Origin: Eledone cirrhosa
Taxonomy: Eukaryota
DNA: 64,000 bases
NCBI GenBank assembly: GCA_964016885.1
Contig: OZ024756.1
Span: 28,024,001 to 28,088,000 of the forward strand
Reading direction: 5' to 3'
In this document: positions 1 through 17,291 of the stretch, piece after piece
How the letters are laid out: the number at the start of each line of letters is the position of its first letter
How positions within the stretch are numbered: position 1 is the stretch's first letter
Translations under genes and position numbers: made by a program
Notes under the pieces: model-generated
What the model was told of the DNA's origin: nothing
Seen by the model: only the letters and a program-made list of their open reading frames with translations
Databases searched by the model: none

Positions 1-61
1 GAGAAGAAACATTTAGATATAATTAGTAATAAAATGTATCATACCTAAACTGCTCCTAAAT

Positions 62-149
62 TCCTCGACTACGTAGTTTCGTGGCATAAACAAAAACAAT
101 ATATCAAAGATATAGAGTCCTTGCGAGGTCTGCCAACTTATCAAGAGGA
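62..149 (-). ncRNA. Type I hammerhead ribozyme motif, U3-A8 core
   Basis: Reverse complement of the motif at 1232-1319. Confidence 0.75.
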
Positions 150-652
150 TACCTCATTTTACTAGTCTCAAGAACGCGTCTACACGACGTGAGAAAGAAT
201 CCCAAAAGGCGGAGGGGGAGATAGTCACGCGATATAACGGTCGAGAAACAGAGCTAAGCCTCTTATAACCACAAAGAAAATACCACGGAGGCGGAGGGGG
301 TATTCATATCGAGGCCGTAGAAGAGGTAGTGAAGAAGGCGAGAAGTACGAGTAATGGAAGCTTTCCAGTTGTCCCCACACTTCAAAGATTGCTCGACCAG
401 AGGGAGTTATTAATATATTTAGAAACACACAGATACATGCGGACACACACATATATACATGAATGCATCCGCACCCAACTGCGAGTTAAGGGTGCCAACT
501 TCACCGATGTTGCTCAATGAATGACTGGGACAGACCAATTCAGTTTGAACCAGACTGAACCAGTATCAGAGTTAAAAATACATTATGAAGAGAGAAGAAG
601 CATTTAGATATAATTAGTAATAAAATGTATCATACCTAAACTGCTCCTAAAT

Positions 653-740
653 TCCTCGACTACGTAGTTTCGTGGCATAAACAAAAACAATATATCAAAG
701 ATATAGAGTCCTTGCGAGGTCTGCCAACTTATCAAGAGGA
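653..740 (-). ncRNA. Type I hammerhead ribozyme motif, U3-A8 core
   Basis: Reverse complement of the motif at 1232-1319. Confidence 0.75.
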
Positions 741-1231
741 TACCTCATTTTACTAGTCTCAAGAACGCGTCTACACGACGTGAGAAAGAATCCCAAAAGG
801 CGGAGGGGGAGATAGTCACGCGATATAACGGTTCAAACTGAATTGGTCTGTCCCAGTCATTCATTGAGCAACATCGGTGAAGTTGGCACCCTTAACTCGC
901 AGTTGGGTGCGGATGCATTCATGTATATATGTGTGTGTCCGCATGTATCTGTGTGTTTCTAAATATATTAATAACTCCCTCTGGTCGAGCAATCTTTGAA
1001 GTGTGGGGACAACTGGAAAGCTTCCATTACTCGTACTTCTCGCCTTCTTCACTACCTCTTCTACGGCCTCGATATGAATACCCCCTCCGCCTCCGTGGTA
1101 TTTTCTTTGTGGTTATAAGAGGCTTAGCTCTGTTTCTCGACCGTTATATCGCGTGACTATCTCCCCCTCCGCCTTTTGGGATTCTTTCTCACGTCGTGTA
1201 GACGCGTTCTTGAGACTAGTAAAATGAGGTA

Positions 1232-1319
1232 TCCTCTTGATAAGTTGGCAGACCTCGCAAGGACTCTATATCTTTGATATATTGTTTTTGTTTATGCCAC
1301 GAAACTACGTAGTCGAGGA
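1232..1319 (+). ncRNA. Type I hammerhead ribozyme motif, U3-A8 core
   Basis: Stem I TCCTC/GAGGA; core TTGATAA (CUGANGA with C3-G8 replaced by U3-A8); stem II GT(T)GGCA/TGCCAC around a 44-nt loop; GAAA; palindromic stem III ACTACGTAGT; GTC triplet, predicted cut after 1314. Confidence 0.8.
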
Positions 1320-1822
1320 ATTTAGGAGCAGTTTAGGTATGATACATTTTATTACTAATTATATCTAAATGTTTCTTCTCTCTTCATAATGTATTTTTAA
1401 CTCTGATACTGGTTCAGTCTGGTTCAAACTGAATTGGTCTGTCCCAGTCATTCATTGAGCAACATCGGTGAAGTTGGCACCCTTAACTCGCAGTTGGGTG
1501 CGGATGCATTCATGTATATATGTGTGTGTCCGCATGTATCTGTGTGTTTCTAAATATATTAATAACTCCCTCTGGTCGAGCAATCTTTGAAGTGTGGGGA
1601 CAACTGGAAAGCTTCCATTACTCGTACTTCTCGCCTTCTTCACTACCTCTTCTACGGCCTCGATATGAATACCCCCTCCGCCTCCGTGGTATTTTCTTTG
1701 TGGTTATAAGAGGCTTAGCTCTGTTTCTCGACCGTTATATCGCGTGACTATCTCCCCCTCCGCCTTTTGGGATTCTTTCTCACGTCGTGTAGACGCGTTC
1801 TTGAGACTAGTAAAATGAGGTA

Positions 1823-1910
1823 TCTTCTTGATAAGTTGGCAGACCTCGCAAGGACTCTATATCTTTGATATATTGTTTTTGTTTATGCCACGAAACTACG
1901 TAGTCGAGGA
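1823..1910 (+). ncRNA. Hammerhead motif, array copy
   Basis: As 1232-1319; a C>T at 1825 gives a U-G wobble in stem I. Confidence 0.75.
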
Positions 1911-2413
1911 ATTTAGGAGCAGTTTAGGTATGATACATTTTATTACTAATTATATCTAAATGTTTCTTCTCTCTTCATAATGTATTTTTAACTCTGATAC
2001 TGGTTCAGTCTGGTTCAAACTGAATTGGTCTGTCCCAGTCATTCATTGAGCAACATCGGTGAAGTTGGCACCCTTAACTCGCAGTTGGGTGCGGATGCAT
2101 TCATGTATATATGTGTGTGTCCGCATGTATCTGTGTGTTTCTAAATATATTAATAACTCCCTCTGGTCGAGCAATCTTTGAAGTGTGGGGACAACTGGAA
2201 AGCTTCCATTACTCGTACTTCTCGCCTTCTTCACTACCTCTTCTACGGCCTCGATATGAATACCCCCTCCGCCTCCGTGGTATTTTCTTTGTGGTTATAA
2301 GAGGCTTAGCTCTGTTTCTCGACCGTTATATCGCGTGACTATCTCCCCCTCCGCCTTTTGGGATTCTTTCTCACGTCGTGTAGACGCGTTCTTGAGACTA
2401 GTAAAATGAGGTA

Positions 2414-2501
2414 TCCTCTTGATAAGTTGGCAGACCTCGCAAGGACTCTATATCTTTGATATATTGTTTTTGTTTATGCCACGAAACTACGTAGTCGAGG
2501 A
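2414..2501 (+). ncRNA. Hammerhead motif, array copy
   Basis: Same sequence as 1232-1319. Confidence 0.78.
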
Positions 2502-3004
2502 ATTTAGGAGCAGTTTAGGTATGATACATTTTATTACTAATTATATCTAAATGTTTCTTCTCTCTTCATAATGTATTTTTAACTCTGATACTGGTTCAGT
2601 CTGGTTCAAACTGAATTGGTCTGTCCCAGTCATTCATTGAGCAACATCGGTGAAGTTGGCACCCTTAACTCGCAGTTGGGTGCGGATGCATTCATGTATA
2701 TATGTGTGTGTCCGCATGTATCTGTGTGTTTCTAAATATATTAATAACTCCCTCTGGTCGAGCAATCTTTGAAGTGTGGGGACAACTGGAAAGCTTCCAT
2801 TACTCGTACTTCTCGCCTTCTTCACTACCTCTTCTACGGCCTCGATATGAATACCCCCTCCGCCTCCGTGGTATTTTCTTTGTGGTTATAAGAGGCTTAG
2901 CTCTGTTTCTCGACCGTTATATCGCGTGACTATCTCCCCCTCCGCCTTTTGGGATTCTTTCTCACGTCGTGTAGACGCGTTCTTGAGACTAGTAAAATGA
3001 GGTA

Positions 3005-3092
3005 TCCTCTTGATAAGTTGGCAGACCTCGCAAGGACTCTATATCTTTGATATATTGTTTTTGTTTATGCCACGAAACTACGTAGTCGAGGA
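3005..3092 (+). ncRNA. Hammerhead motif, array copy
   Basis: Same sequence as 1232-1319. Confidence 0.78.
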
Positions 3093-3595
3093 ATTTAGGA
3101 GCAGTTTAGGTATGATACATTTTATTACTAATTATATCTAAATGTTTCTTCTCTCTTCATAATGTATTTTTAACTCTGATACTGGTTCAGTCTGGTTCAA
3201 ACTGAATTGGTCTGTCCCAGTCATTCATTGAGCAACATCGGTGAAGTTGGCACCCTTAACTCGCAGTTGGGTGCGGATGCATTCATGTATATATGTGTGT
3301 GTCCGCATGTATCTGTGTGTTTCTAAATATATTAATAACTCCCTCTGGTCGAGCAATCTTTGAAGTGTGGGGACAACTGGAAAGCTTCCATTACTCGTAC
3401 TTCTCGCCTTCTTCACTACCTCTTCTACGGCCTCGATATGAATACCCCCTCCGCCTCCGTGGTATTTTCTTTGTGGTTATAAGAGGCTTAGCTCTGTTTC
3501 TCGACCGTTATATCGCGTGACTATCTCCCCCTCCGCCTTTTGGGATTCTTTCTCACGTCGTGTAGACGCGTTCTTGAGACTAGTAAAATGAGGTA

Positions 3596-3683
3596 TCCTC
3601 TTGATAAGTTGGCAGACCTCGCAAGGACTCTATATCTTTGATATATTGTTTTTGTTTATGCCACGAAACTACGTAGTCGAGGA
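3596..3683 (+). ncRNA. Hammerhead motif, last array copy
   Basis: Same sequence as 1232-1319; the array ends ~80 nt after the predicted cut at 3678. Confidence 0.78.
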
Positions 3684-3755
3684 ATTTAGGAGCAGTTTAG
3701 GTATGATACATTTTATTACTAATTATATCTAAATGTTTCTTCTCTCTTCATAATG

Positions 3756-4255
<500 letters not shown>

Positions 4256-4264
4256 TAATCTAAT

Positions 4265-4430
4265 ATATATACAATGATATTAAATATTTATAAAACCATA
4301 TTTATTCTATTATATATATTTCAAGGATACCAAAACTTTTGTACGCGCTCATCAGATAAAAAAACAAAGTTTGTTTTATAGATATTGTCATAACCAGGAA
4401 GAAGATCTTAACGGTTCAAGTTTTTCCGTT
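4265..4430 (-). mobile_element. Decayed Penelope-type terminus with degenerate hammerhead
   Basis: Minus strand reads TTTAT-CTGATGA-GCGCGTAC...GTATCCTT-GAAA-TATATA. Shares the AAAACCATATTT end sequence with 4968-5070 and 13953-14203; flanked by TA tracts. Confidence 0.45.
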
Positions 4431-4818
4431 GTATATATATATATGTATATATATATATAATACAATATGCTGAAAAGGTAACACACTAGAGAGAGAGATA
4501 ATGCGCCATCAATCAAACAGGGAACAAACACCAGTGTATGGAATCTATAACCCATGTAAGGCAGAATAGACACACGATAATTAAAAGTATAAATTAAAGT
4601 GTAAATACATACCTCGATAACTATCTAACACACACGTACAAACCCAAAGAGATCTGTTTCGCCAAATAAGTTGTTGACAGAAATGATTAGCCCATGGTTC
4701 ATCAGCGTGTGGAAGGCTATACATATCAGACAACTCTAAAAGAATCTAGTGGCCTCTGAGGGACGGGCTGCTAGAAATGGCAGCCCAAACCACTCAGATA
4801 AGTGATCCACTCAGATAA

Positions 4819-4868
<50 letters not shown>

Positions 4869-4917
4869 GAGAGAGAGAGAGAAGTGATATATATATATTG
4901 TTATACTTTCAGAAACG

Positions 4918-4969
<52 letters not shown>

Positions 4970-5602
4970 AGAATATTAATAAATGGAAAATATCTTTACA
5001 AAACCATATTTCTTTTATTATACGTATTCCTAGTGTACTAAGTACGCTTTCGTCAACTAAAATATAATATTTAAAGATCAGATAAGTTTCATTTGATGAT
5101 GTTATAACTATATCGTACCAATGGTTTCAAGATCTGATTTATACTTCTGTAATATTCTTTCCGTATTTTCTCCTTCAGTGTGTTTACTTCCATCATCTTC
5201 GTTTATGCCAAGATATATTGAGGTACATTGGTTGTATCTATATCGAGTTTAAAAGATGATACTTTTGTTAAATTCCTCTTTTATAACGATCCGTTAGTGC
5301 CTTTATCAAGACCAAATTACATGCCAATGTTATCGATACATTGCTTCACAGTTTTAGGTTATCCATAAAACACAAATGGTTAAAGATCTTCCTCTTACAA
5401 GGTATCTCAGGTTTTAGGTTCAAGATTGTTACAACTGTATAGTAAGGGAGCCGTTCCAATACTGACCTCTCCTCAGACACCAGTTACGACGAATTTTTCC
5501 AATGTGTGAAATGTAATAAAATTTCTTTATTTTAAAACAGATCTTTTGAAATAGATTAAGTATTGTTTTTTTCTTAACAATCTATGGATACCCTGCTATC
5601 GG

Positions 5603-5724
<122 letters not shown>

Positions 5725-6149
5725 ATATATATATAAATGTATATATATAAATATATATATATATGTGTGTGTGTGTGTATATATGGAGAATAGAAATGGC
5801 TGTGTAGTTGCTATTTAAGGTAACTTAAAATGTAGTGGGAATACGAAGAAAGCAAGAAAATGGGGGGGGGGGGGCATCAATTGTCTACTGGGGTCTAGGA
5901 TATATATATATATATGTATAAATATATATACTAGAGTGTGTTGGAGTTAAACACCCTCTTCATATTATATATAATGTTTAATAAAGAAATGTATAGAAAC
6001 CATTTCTATATTAAACATTACATAATATATTATGCAGTGAGAACCTTACTTACTGTGGCTAACCTCGGTTGATCCCGGGATACACACACACACACACACA
6101 TACACACACACACACACAGACACACACAACTATGTATATACATATATAT

Positions 6150-6361
6150 ATATTTGAAAAAAAGGAAAAGAATGACTTCATTTGTAGTGTTTAAAAGATT
6201 TTTGATTTAATGTATTATAATATTATGAGTTGGTAGATCCAGTTGGTAGATCCAGTCCAGACTGGATCTACCAAATCATAATATTATAATATTATAACAT
6301 TAAATCAAAACATTTTTAACACTACAAGTGAAGTCATTCTTTTCTTTTTTTTTCAAATATA
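6150..6361. repeat. Fold-back inverted repeat (~100-bp arms) between microsatellites
   Basis: ATATTTGAAAAAAAGGAAAAGAATGACTTCA...TGAAGTCATTCTTTTCTTTTTTTTTCAAATAT centred near GGTAGATCCAGT/ACTGGATCTACC; copies at ~17767, ~31840, ~43899. Confidence 0.85.
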
Positions 6362-6390
6362 CCTAACTGTACCAAGGATCTCACACATTT

Positions 6391-6506
<116 letters not shown>

Positions 6507-6747
6507 GTGGGAAAGTAAGAAATCGGAGATTAGACCTTTAAATCATGTTTATTTAAAATACCACCTACGTACGTTTCGCCCAACTGCTTACGCTCTGCTA
6601 ACTCTTTAGCCCACTAAATATTAACACTTCGAATATTTAATACTGCCGGCACTAGTATCGAGCACCTTTGGCATACGTTACTTGGCAATTAACTATATGT
6701 ATCACCTATCCTCCCATTTTTTCTCTCACTCTCGATACGTAAATACA

Positions 6748-6845
<98 letters not shown>

Positions 6846-7577
6846 GTACATACATATATGTATACAGACGTACAGTAGTATGTATATATATATATACATA
6901 CATGCACAAATATATATATATGTACGTATGGCTTCACCGAACATTTATTATAATGCTCGGTGTGTTTGTAAACAATCATGCCGAATTAAAGTGAGAAATG
7001 AAATTTCATTTCATTTTTTACGTATATATATATATATATATATATATATTGTATTATTTACTATAGAATATAATTATATATATATAGATTCTGGAATATA
7101 TAAATAGTTCACCGACTGAATATATACACTGTTTCCCCATTAATAACAACTAGATTGAAGGAACGTGTATGCACATGACGAAATAATATATCTCCTACAA
7201 TCTGGTAGATTTTTATCTTATAAATTTCTGAGAATGACGTTAAAATATATTTTGGAATACTTGTCTTAACCTATTACATAATACATCCAATCAAAAATCT
7301 TAACCATACTCAGAACACGCCCATATCTGTAGATAAATCAATCTTATTGGTTTATCAATTTACCAGTAGATCATTGGATAATATTGGGTCGTATTCAACT
7401 GTATATATTAAAATGTTTTCGCACACTAAGTCATTTCTAAGTCTCCAGTTTACGTTACATAGTCCTATCGTTACTTTGTTACCAAACCTCACATATTATC
7501 GACAACCACTACAACAATGGATTTTCTACAATTGTCTAGAAATATTTCACAACGTTTTACTATTTCCTCTCTCATAG

Positions 7578-10849
<3,272 letters not shown>

Positions 10850-11303
10850 ATACAGAATTGAAAAATGTACTGTTTTCTATTTAGTATTCAACTAAGAAAT
10901 TATCCACGCATATATAACATTATTACTGTAATAAAAATATGAATTATATTGTACTCATTTACAAGGTATGATATATTTTTTCTCAGTATAATATTAAATA
11001 ATGAAAACAAATATATACTAGATTGTATTTCAATGATTGTGTATAAAAATAAATGAATTGATTCTGTGTTTCTCTTATTAATTATTGTACTCTGTAAATT
11101 TGATTTGGTTCATTGAGGTTCATTGTTGTGAGATATGTAACAGAAACATATTTTACTCAACAATGCATTGCATGAGGGACATTTCTCCATGTGGTACTGA
11201 GTTACTATACACTACTTATGTACAGCTCTCTCCTGCTTGCTCCTGTTTTTCAACAAAACGTGGTTTTACTGAACACACATATATATGTATATATGTATAT
11301 ATG

Positions 11304-11339
<36 letters not shown>

Positions 11340-12224
11340 TATATATATATATATATATATATAATCATCAAATAAAAATATTTATAGTCATCAAAACAAC
11401 TACGAAAGGCCGGAGTAGAGAATTTCCTGACAATTTTAATCCCGCCATACTACTATCGATATATAGCAATAGCAATTGCCCAGCCTTATCAGCCGATCAC
11501 CATATATAACGATTTCATCAGGTGTTATTTGCGGAATTAGGCAACAGAATGACTTGGAATAAAAACAGAGAATAGAATTTAGAATATAGAAAATAGAGGG
11601 GCGATTCGATTCGGGGACAGCCTGCCAATTCGGTGTTGTAGACATGGCAGATGGTTCTCGAATGTTGCACTGTCAATTAATGCCAGCATTGTGTTCTAGT
11701 ATGTGTGATGGAGAAGGTGGAGGTTACTAAGTACTAACAGGAATAATGCCGTCTTTAGAAAACACCAGTCATTAATTAAAATAAAGGATTCTCTACCACA
11801 TATGTTGTAGTCTATTAAACTGTGCTATTGGACATTGGTCCAAAACCAGCCTAGCGTGACGGTAGATAGTTAAAAGGTAAAAATATCATAAACAGGAACA
11901 GACCTATGTAAATTATCTAATATAAGATAAAAGGAATAAATAACAAGAATAAAATAATAAGAGGTATAAATAAATATACAAACATATAAAAAATATAAAG
12001 TTCATAAGGTTGCGAGAATAATGAGAATTATATGATTAAAAAACCTTTAAAGTTTCTAAAGCTTACAAAAATTTAAAAACATTATCTCCTGAATTAGCCA
12101 TAAATAAATTAATAAAGTAAATTAGGAAGAATATAACAAAGGCGGTAATATTTAATTCTGATGGCCAAGATTCACTAAAGTTCATTATTAGATAATAAAG
12201 GGGTTGGCAATGCTATTTCATGAG

Positions 12225-12255
<31 letters not shown>

Positions 12256-12881
12256 GTATACACGTGTTTGCATTGGGAATGAAATTGTTGTGATGTTTTT
12301 ATCACCCGACGTAGCAGTCTATCTTATCCCTGCAAAGAGGAAAGACAATAAGTTATTGGTGACCGAGTATGTTCAGAAAATAGAAAGAGGGTTAAGTTGA
12401 AAAGTTAATCAATAGCAAGTACTCACGGTATAGAACCAAAATTTGTTTGAACGGTGTGTTAATCAGAAGACAACCCTGGATCGGTCTATGGATTAACGCA
12501 CTTCCCTAATGGTCACGATACCAATGATATGAATATATATTTTTTCATTTTTCTTTTTTTTCTCTTCACTTCTTAAACCTTGTTTGTAAATAACATTCTT
12601 TCTGCACCTTCTGTTTAACATGTGCGACACCACACTAATACATTTCACTATCATTTGATAATGCATATAAATGCTGAAACCGGTAATAGGCAATAATTAA
12701 ATATATAAATAGATAAATAAATGCCATTGTTAAATAATAAATAAATCAACTAATACCTTAACACTTCACACAAATTCAAACATTTCGTTTTAATCATTTT
12801 CTAACCCAGAAAAAAGAGAGAGAGAAACAAAAAAAGAAAAAAATATCTTTTTCTTCCTCATAATCGTCTCTTTCTCCCTGT

Positions 12882-12933
<52 letters not shown>

Positions 12934-12975
12934 TTATATATATATATATATATATATAAATTTATATATATATAT

Positions 12976-13100
12976 ATATTTATTAAAATAACAGATTAAA
13001 GTTTAAGCAAAGAATCGCTGCTTTCCCCCTTAACGGGATCTTCTGAAACTAACCATCAGCGACTCTTTGCTTAAAGTTTAATCTGTATTTTAATAAATAT
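12976..13100. repeat. Short fold-back inverted repeat
   Basis: ATATTTATTAAAATAACAGATTAAAGTTTAAGCAAAGAATCGCTG...CAGCGACTCTTTGCTTAAAGTTTAATCTGTATTTTAATAAATAT; copies at ~22993 and ~38326. Confidence 0.8.
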
Positions 13101-13183
13101 TTGCTCTACGGTTCTTATATATGTTATATATATTTATCCTTATCGAGCCCTCTTTGGATTTTAGTCTTCAAATTTATTATTAT

Positions 13184-13229
<46 letters not shown>

Positions 13230-13317
13230 GTAAAACACTGGAAGGTAATATACGTTGTGTTAGAGGCATGGGATGCGTCTGGTAGAAGTAGTAACACAAC
13301 AGTTAGTTCACCATACT

Positions 13318-13354
13318 GAGAACAATTGTTTCACCTTATGTGGTTCTTCAGCTC
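13318..13354 (-). ncRNA. Minimal type I hammerhead motif (copies at 23349-23385 and 38734-38770)
   Basis: Minus strand GAG-CTGAAGA-ACC-acataa-GGT-GAAA-CAATTG-TT-CTC: canonical core, palindromic stem III, GUU triplet, only 3-bp stems I and II. Confidence 0.55.
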
Positions 13355-13425
13355 GGAGTGGAGACCAGTCCGAGCTGGAAATCCGCATAAGGTGAAACAA
13401 CTGTATATATATCAATATATATATT

Positions 13426-13482
<57 letters not shown>

Positions 13483-13783
13483 TTTCTTAATAAGAAACAC
13501 ACGCACCAGTTGCTTTCACTTCAATTTATTATAATAAATTTATAAATTTAGGAATTTATAAATTTCCGGTTGGTTGGTTCCACAACCAGATGGTTGTTTA
13601 TATATTGTCAAGTTCTTTCGTCACACATTCTGTGACCTCTTCAGTGACAGGGAATTCTTTTCTTTGTTTTTGTGCCTCTCCTTTGTTCTGTCCTACGCCA
13701 TCTTGGAATGAATGTATATACACATATTTTTGTATATATGTGAGTATATATATAAATATAGGTGTATATGTATATATATATTT

Positions 13784-13821
<38 letters not shown>

Positions 13822-13827
13822 GTATAT

Positions 13828-14203
<376 letters not shown>

Positions 14204-14363
14204 TATATATATATATATATATTTATACATGTAAATGTACGTGTATATAAATATATATGTATATGTTTGTGTCTATATGTATACATAATATATATATATT
14301 TATATATATATACATATATATATATATACATATATTTACATATATATACATAAATATATATAA

Positions 14364-14499
<136 letters not shown>

Positions 14500-14680
14500 A
14501 AACAACAATTTGTTATGTCTTATTGTTTGGTGACGCGCGTTTCGCTATTGATCAGCTCAAGGTCCAGCCTGCATCCATCTGGCCCGTCTCCGGAATCAAA
14601 AGCTCGTCGTCGGACTTCTGCTCTGGTAATGAGAAAATGAACACGTAGGGTGAACCTACAGTAACTGCACATTACAATCC

Positions 14681-14854
<174 letters not shown>

Positions 14855-15721
14855 TATATAAGATTGCGAAAATTAAACGAAAATCAAAGAGAATTCTACA
14901 CAAAAAGAATCGGTATATTATATCGAAAATATACAGTAATTAAACGCTTGTTATTTTTAAAAAATGACGTTTTTTCTTTCAGAAATTCATCCTTCCTCAG
15001 AAAAATGAGAATTACTGTATCTATTTATGAAGCAATTCCACTTAACACATAAATTTCATATGATATTCGATTGGAACCCAGTTTAAATAACATATTTTAT
15101 AACTCATAATCTTCAATATAACATTACTACATCAAACTTTGACAATTTATATAACTATAGAAATATAAACAATCACGAATTTAGTTCTAGCTGTAATTGC
15201 AATAATAGGACAACTTCCTTTTGTCGTAGAAATTTCTCTGGAATGATATGGTTTATACATGTAAGGTGGCTACATCTTCATATAGTAAAGCTTACATAGG
15301 GTTAAAATTCATGAGATTCAAACAGAAAATATACATGCAATCTCATTCATATCGAGATCCTTTAAGAAGAAATATAACTTTACTTTCGACCTATATCTAG
15401 AGTTTGAAAGACAGAAACATCCGATATATGTTACATTTAGTGGCACTATCTAACGCTTCATCTTACAGCCTCTATAAAAACCTTGTGATCTTTGTGCTGT
15501 TGAAGGCTTAGATATATTCTACGCCAATGTATGTATTTGAAACAAAAAATCTGATATAGTTTTCACTATTAAACATAAACTATATAAACCTTTACTGTGT
15601 ATTTCAGGCCAACATTTTATCCAAATAGATAAGACTAGTCTACAGCTCAACAGAATACACATGATATACGTCATGATGCTATAGTTAACAATTATGTTAT
15701 ATTGGTTTTTATTATATTTTT

Positions 15722-15890
15722 AGTCGATAGAAGGCCGGACGCCATGCTTTGACGCATAGAGTTACGGCCCTTGTCATTCTGTGTTCAAATCCCGCCGAGG
15801 TTAACTTTCATCCTTACGGGGTCGATAAAATAAAGTGCCAGTAATGCACTGTGTAATTGCTGGCCTTGTGCCAAAAGTAGAAACAATTAT
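15722..15890 (+). mobile_element. tRNA-derived SINE, older copy shared by units (also ~30018-30185, ~41358-41526)
   Basis: B-box GTGTTCAAATCCC, body CCGAGGTTAACTTTCATCC..GGGGTCGATAAAATAAAGT, 3' end GGCCTTGTGCCAAAAGTAGAAACAATTAT. Confidence 0.8.
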
Positions 15891-15979
15891 GTTTTTATAC
15901 TACATATTATTACACTAAATCACCCTTATAGGCGAATGTCTACGTAGAGATATGTATGACAACGAATAGCTTAGCATTA

Positions 15980-17130
15980 CTTCTTCTTCTTCTTGCCTTC
16001 GCCTTCTTCTTCTTGTTATCCTTATTATTATTCTCCTTCATCTTCTTCTCCACGTTCTCCTTCTTCTCCCACTTATTCCGTAGAAGGTGGTGGTGACATG
16101 GACCTCAAACACTCCTTCCAGTCGGTCTTGGCAGAGACCACCATTTCCAACTGATACGACGTGACCGGACAAGCTCATGGCTGTTCTCCAACTACCTTGC
16201 TCGGGGTCTCCTGCCAGTTGGTTTTACCCGTTAAATCAGTCCAGCAATATTTTTCTAACATATTCTAACCATATGCCCATAGTATAGGAGCTGTGATCCC
16301 CCAATTCGGAAAAGTAGTGCCTCTATCTGGAGTGACTCTCTGATCTTCGATCTACGCACTGTATTAAGTAAAGTCCCAAATGATTGTTATTTTTTCAGTC
16401 TTAGTTATATTTTCTGTTCCTACCAGTTTTCTGCATGTTCTGCCTTGTATTTTATTCATATCATCCAGTGGATATATAGCCGCAGCATATCATGTCTACT
16501 CTTATATTCAGTGGGTTCTAGTGTGGGACATCCTCATATTATATGGTCAATTGTTTCAAGTTGTACTTACATATCCTGGAAATCCACTCCATTTCTTAGA
16601 ATACTTGCTTGATAATTCCTAGTAAAGAGACTTCGTTCTTGGACAGCTAAACTGAAGCCTTCAGGTTCAGATGTTAATCCTAAAGGTCGTAACCACTGCT
16701 GTGTTTCTACTTAATCTATATCAGTATCTTGGGTGTGAGGTTGGAACTGGCCGAGCAGAGGATTTTGTTACCATCTATATCTAAATGTTCTTAGAACTTC
16801 TAGCTTACACTTGCTTCTATGGATTTATTTGCCTTAGTTGGAATTAGGTCAGCTTCATTATTTAGGTGTATGTCTTCAGTTTTTAGTTATTTCCTCTAAA
16901 ATCCTGCCTCTGCGTGTACTCAATGGGGTCTCTTTAGGATTTTGTGCTCTCTTACTAACACCATTATCCACTCCTTGCTGTTCCCTTGGTAGGTTTGTAA
17001 TTGTATGGCAGCTACTTTGTATGACAGTTCCAGTTGGATTAGTCGCTTCGCCCTTCTTGTCTTGGCATACATAGGCGATCTACGTCTATCTTGGGGTGAT
17101 GTATTTTGTTGGCTGTAACGTATTTACGAG
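15980..17130 (-). mobile_element. Decayed LINE 3' fragment, probably RTE-like (copies ~30276-31430, ~41616-42775)
   Basis: (AAG)n-like tail on the minus strand and a remnant reading GKTNWQETPS/xPTGRRPR-like basic C-terminal segment; no intact ORF. Confidence 0.4.
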
Positions 17131-17239
17131 TATTTCGAGTATTGGCTGTGTAGTTGCTATTTAAGGTAACTTAAAATGTAGTGGGAGTACGAAGAAAGCA
17201 AGAACATAGGGGGGGGCATCAATTGTCTACTGGGGTCTA

Positions 17240-17288
<49 letters not shown>

Positions 17289-17291
<3 letters not shown>

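Noticed and set aside
225-3520. Repeated 63-aa and 75-aa ORFs in the 591-bp unit
   Set aside because: They overlap on opposite strands, start at non-ATG codons, have no recognisable motif, and recur only because the DNA is repeated.
7155-7204. Alternative first coding exon (MIYLLQS, ATG only in unit 2)
   Set aside because: ATG is ATA in three of four units and the GTAGAT donor is weak.
14525-14565. Hammerhead at minus-strand GCT..AGC-GAAA-CGCGCG-TC (similar half motif GAAA-CGTACG-TA near 6560-6580; decayed motif near 11427-11522)
   Set aside because: Only part of the fold is present; the CUGANGA box, G12 or stem I partner is missing, so these are not called as ribozymes.
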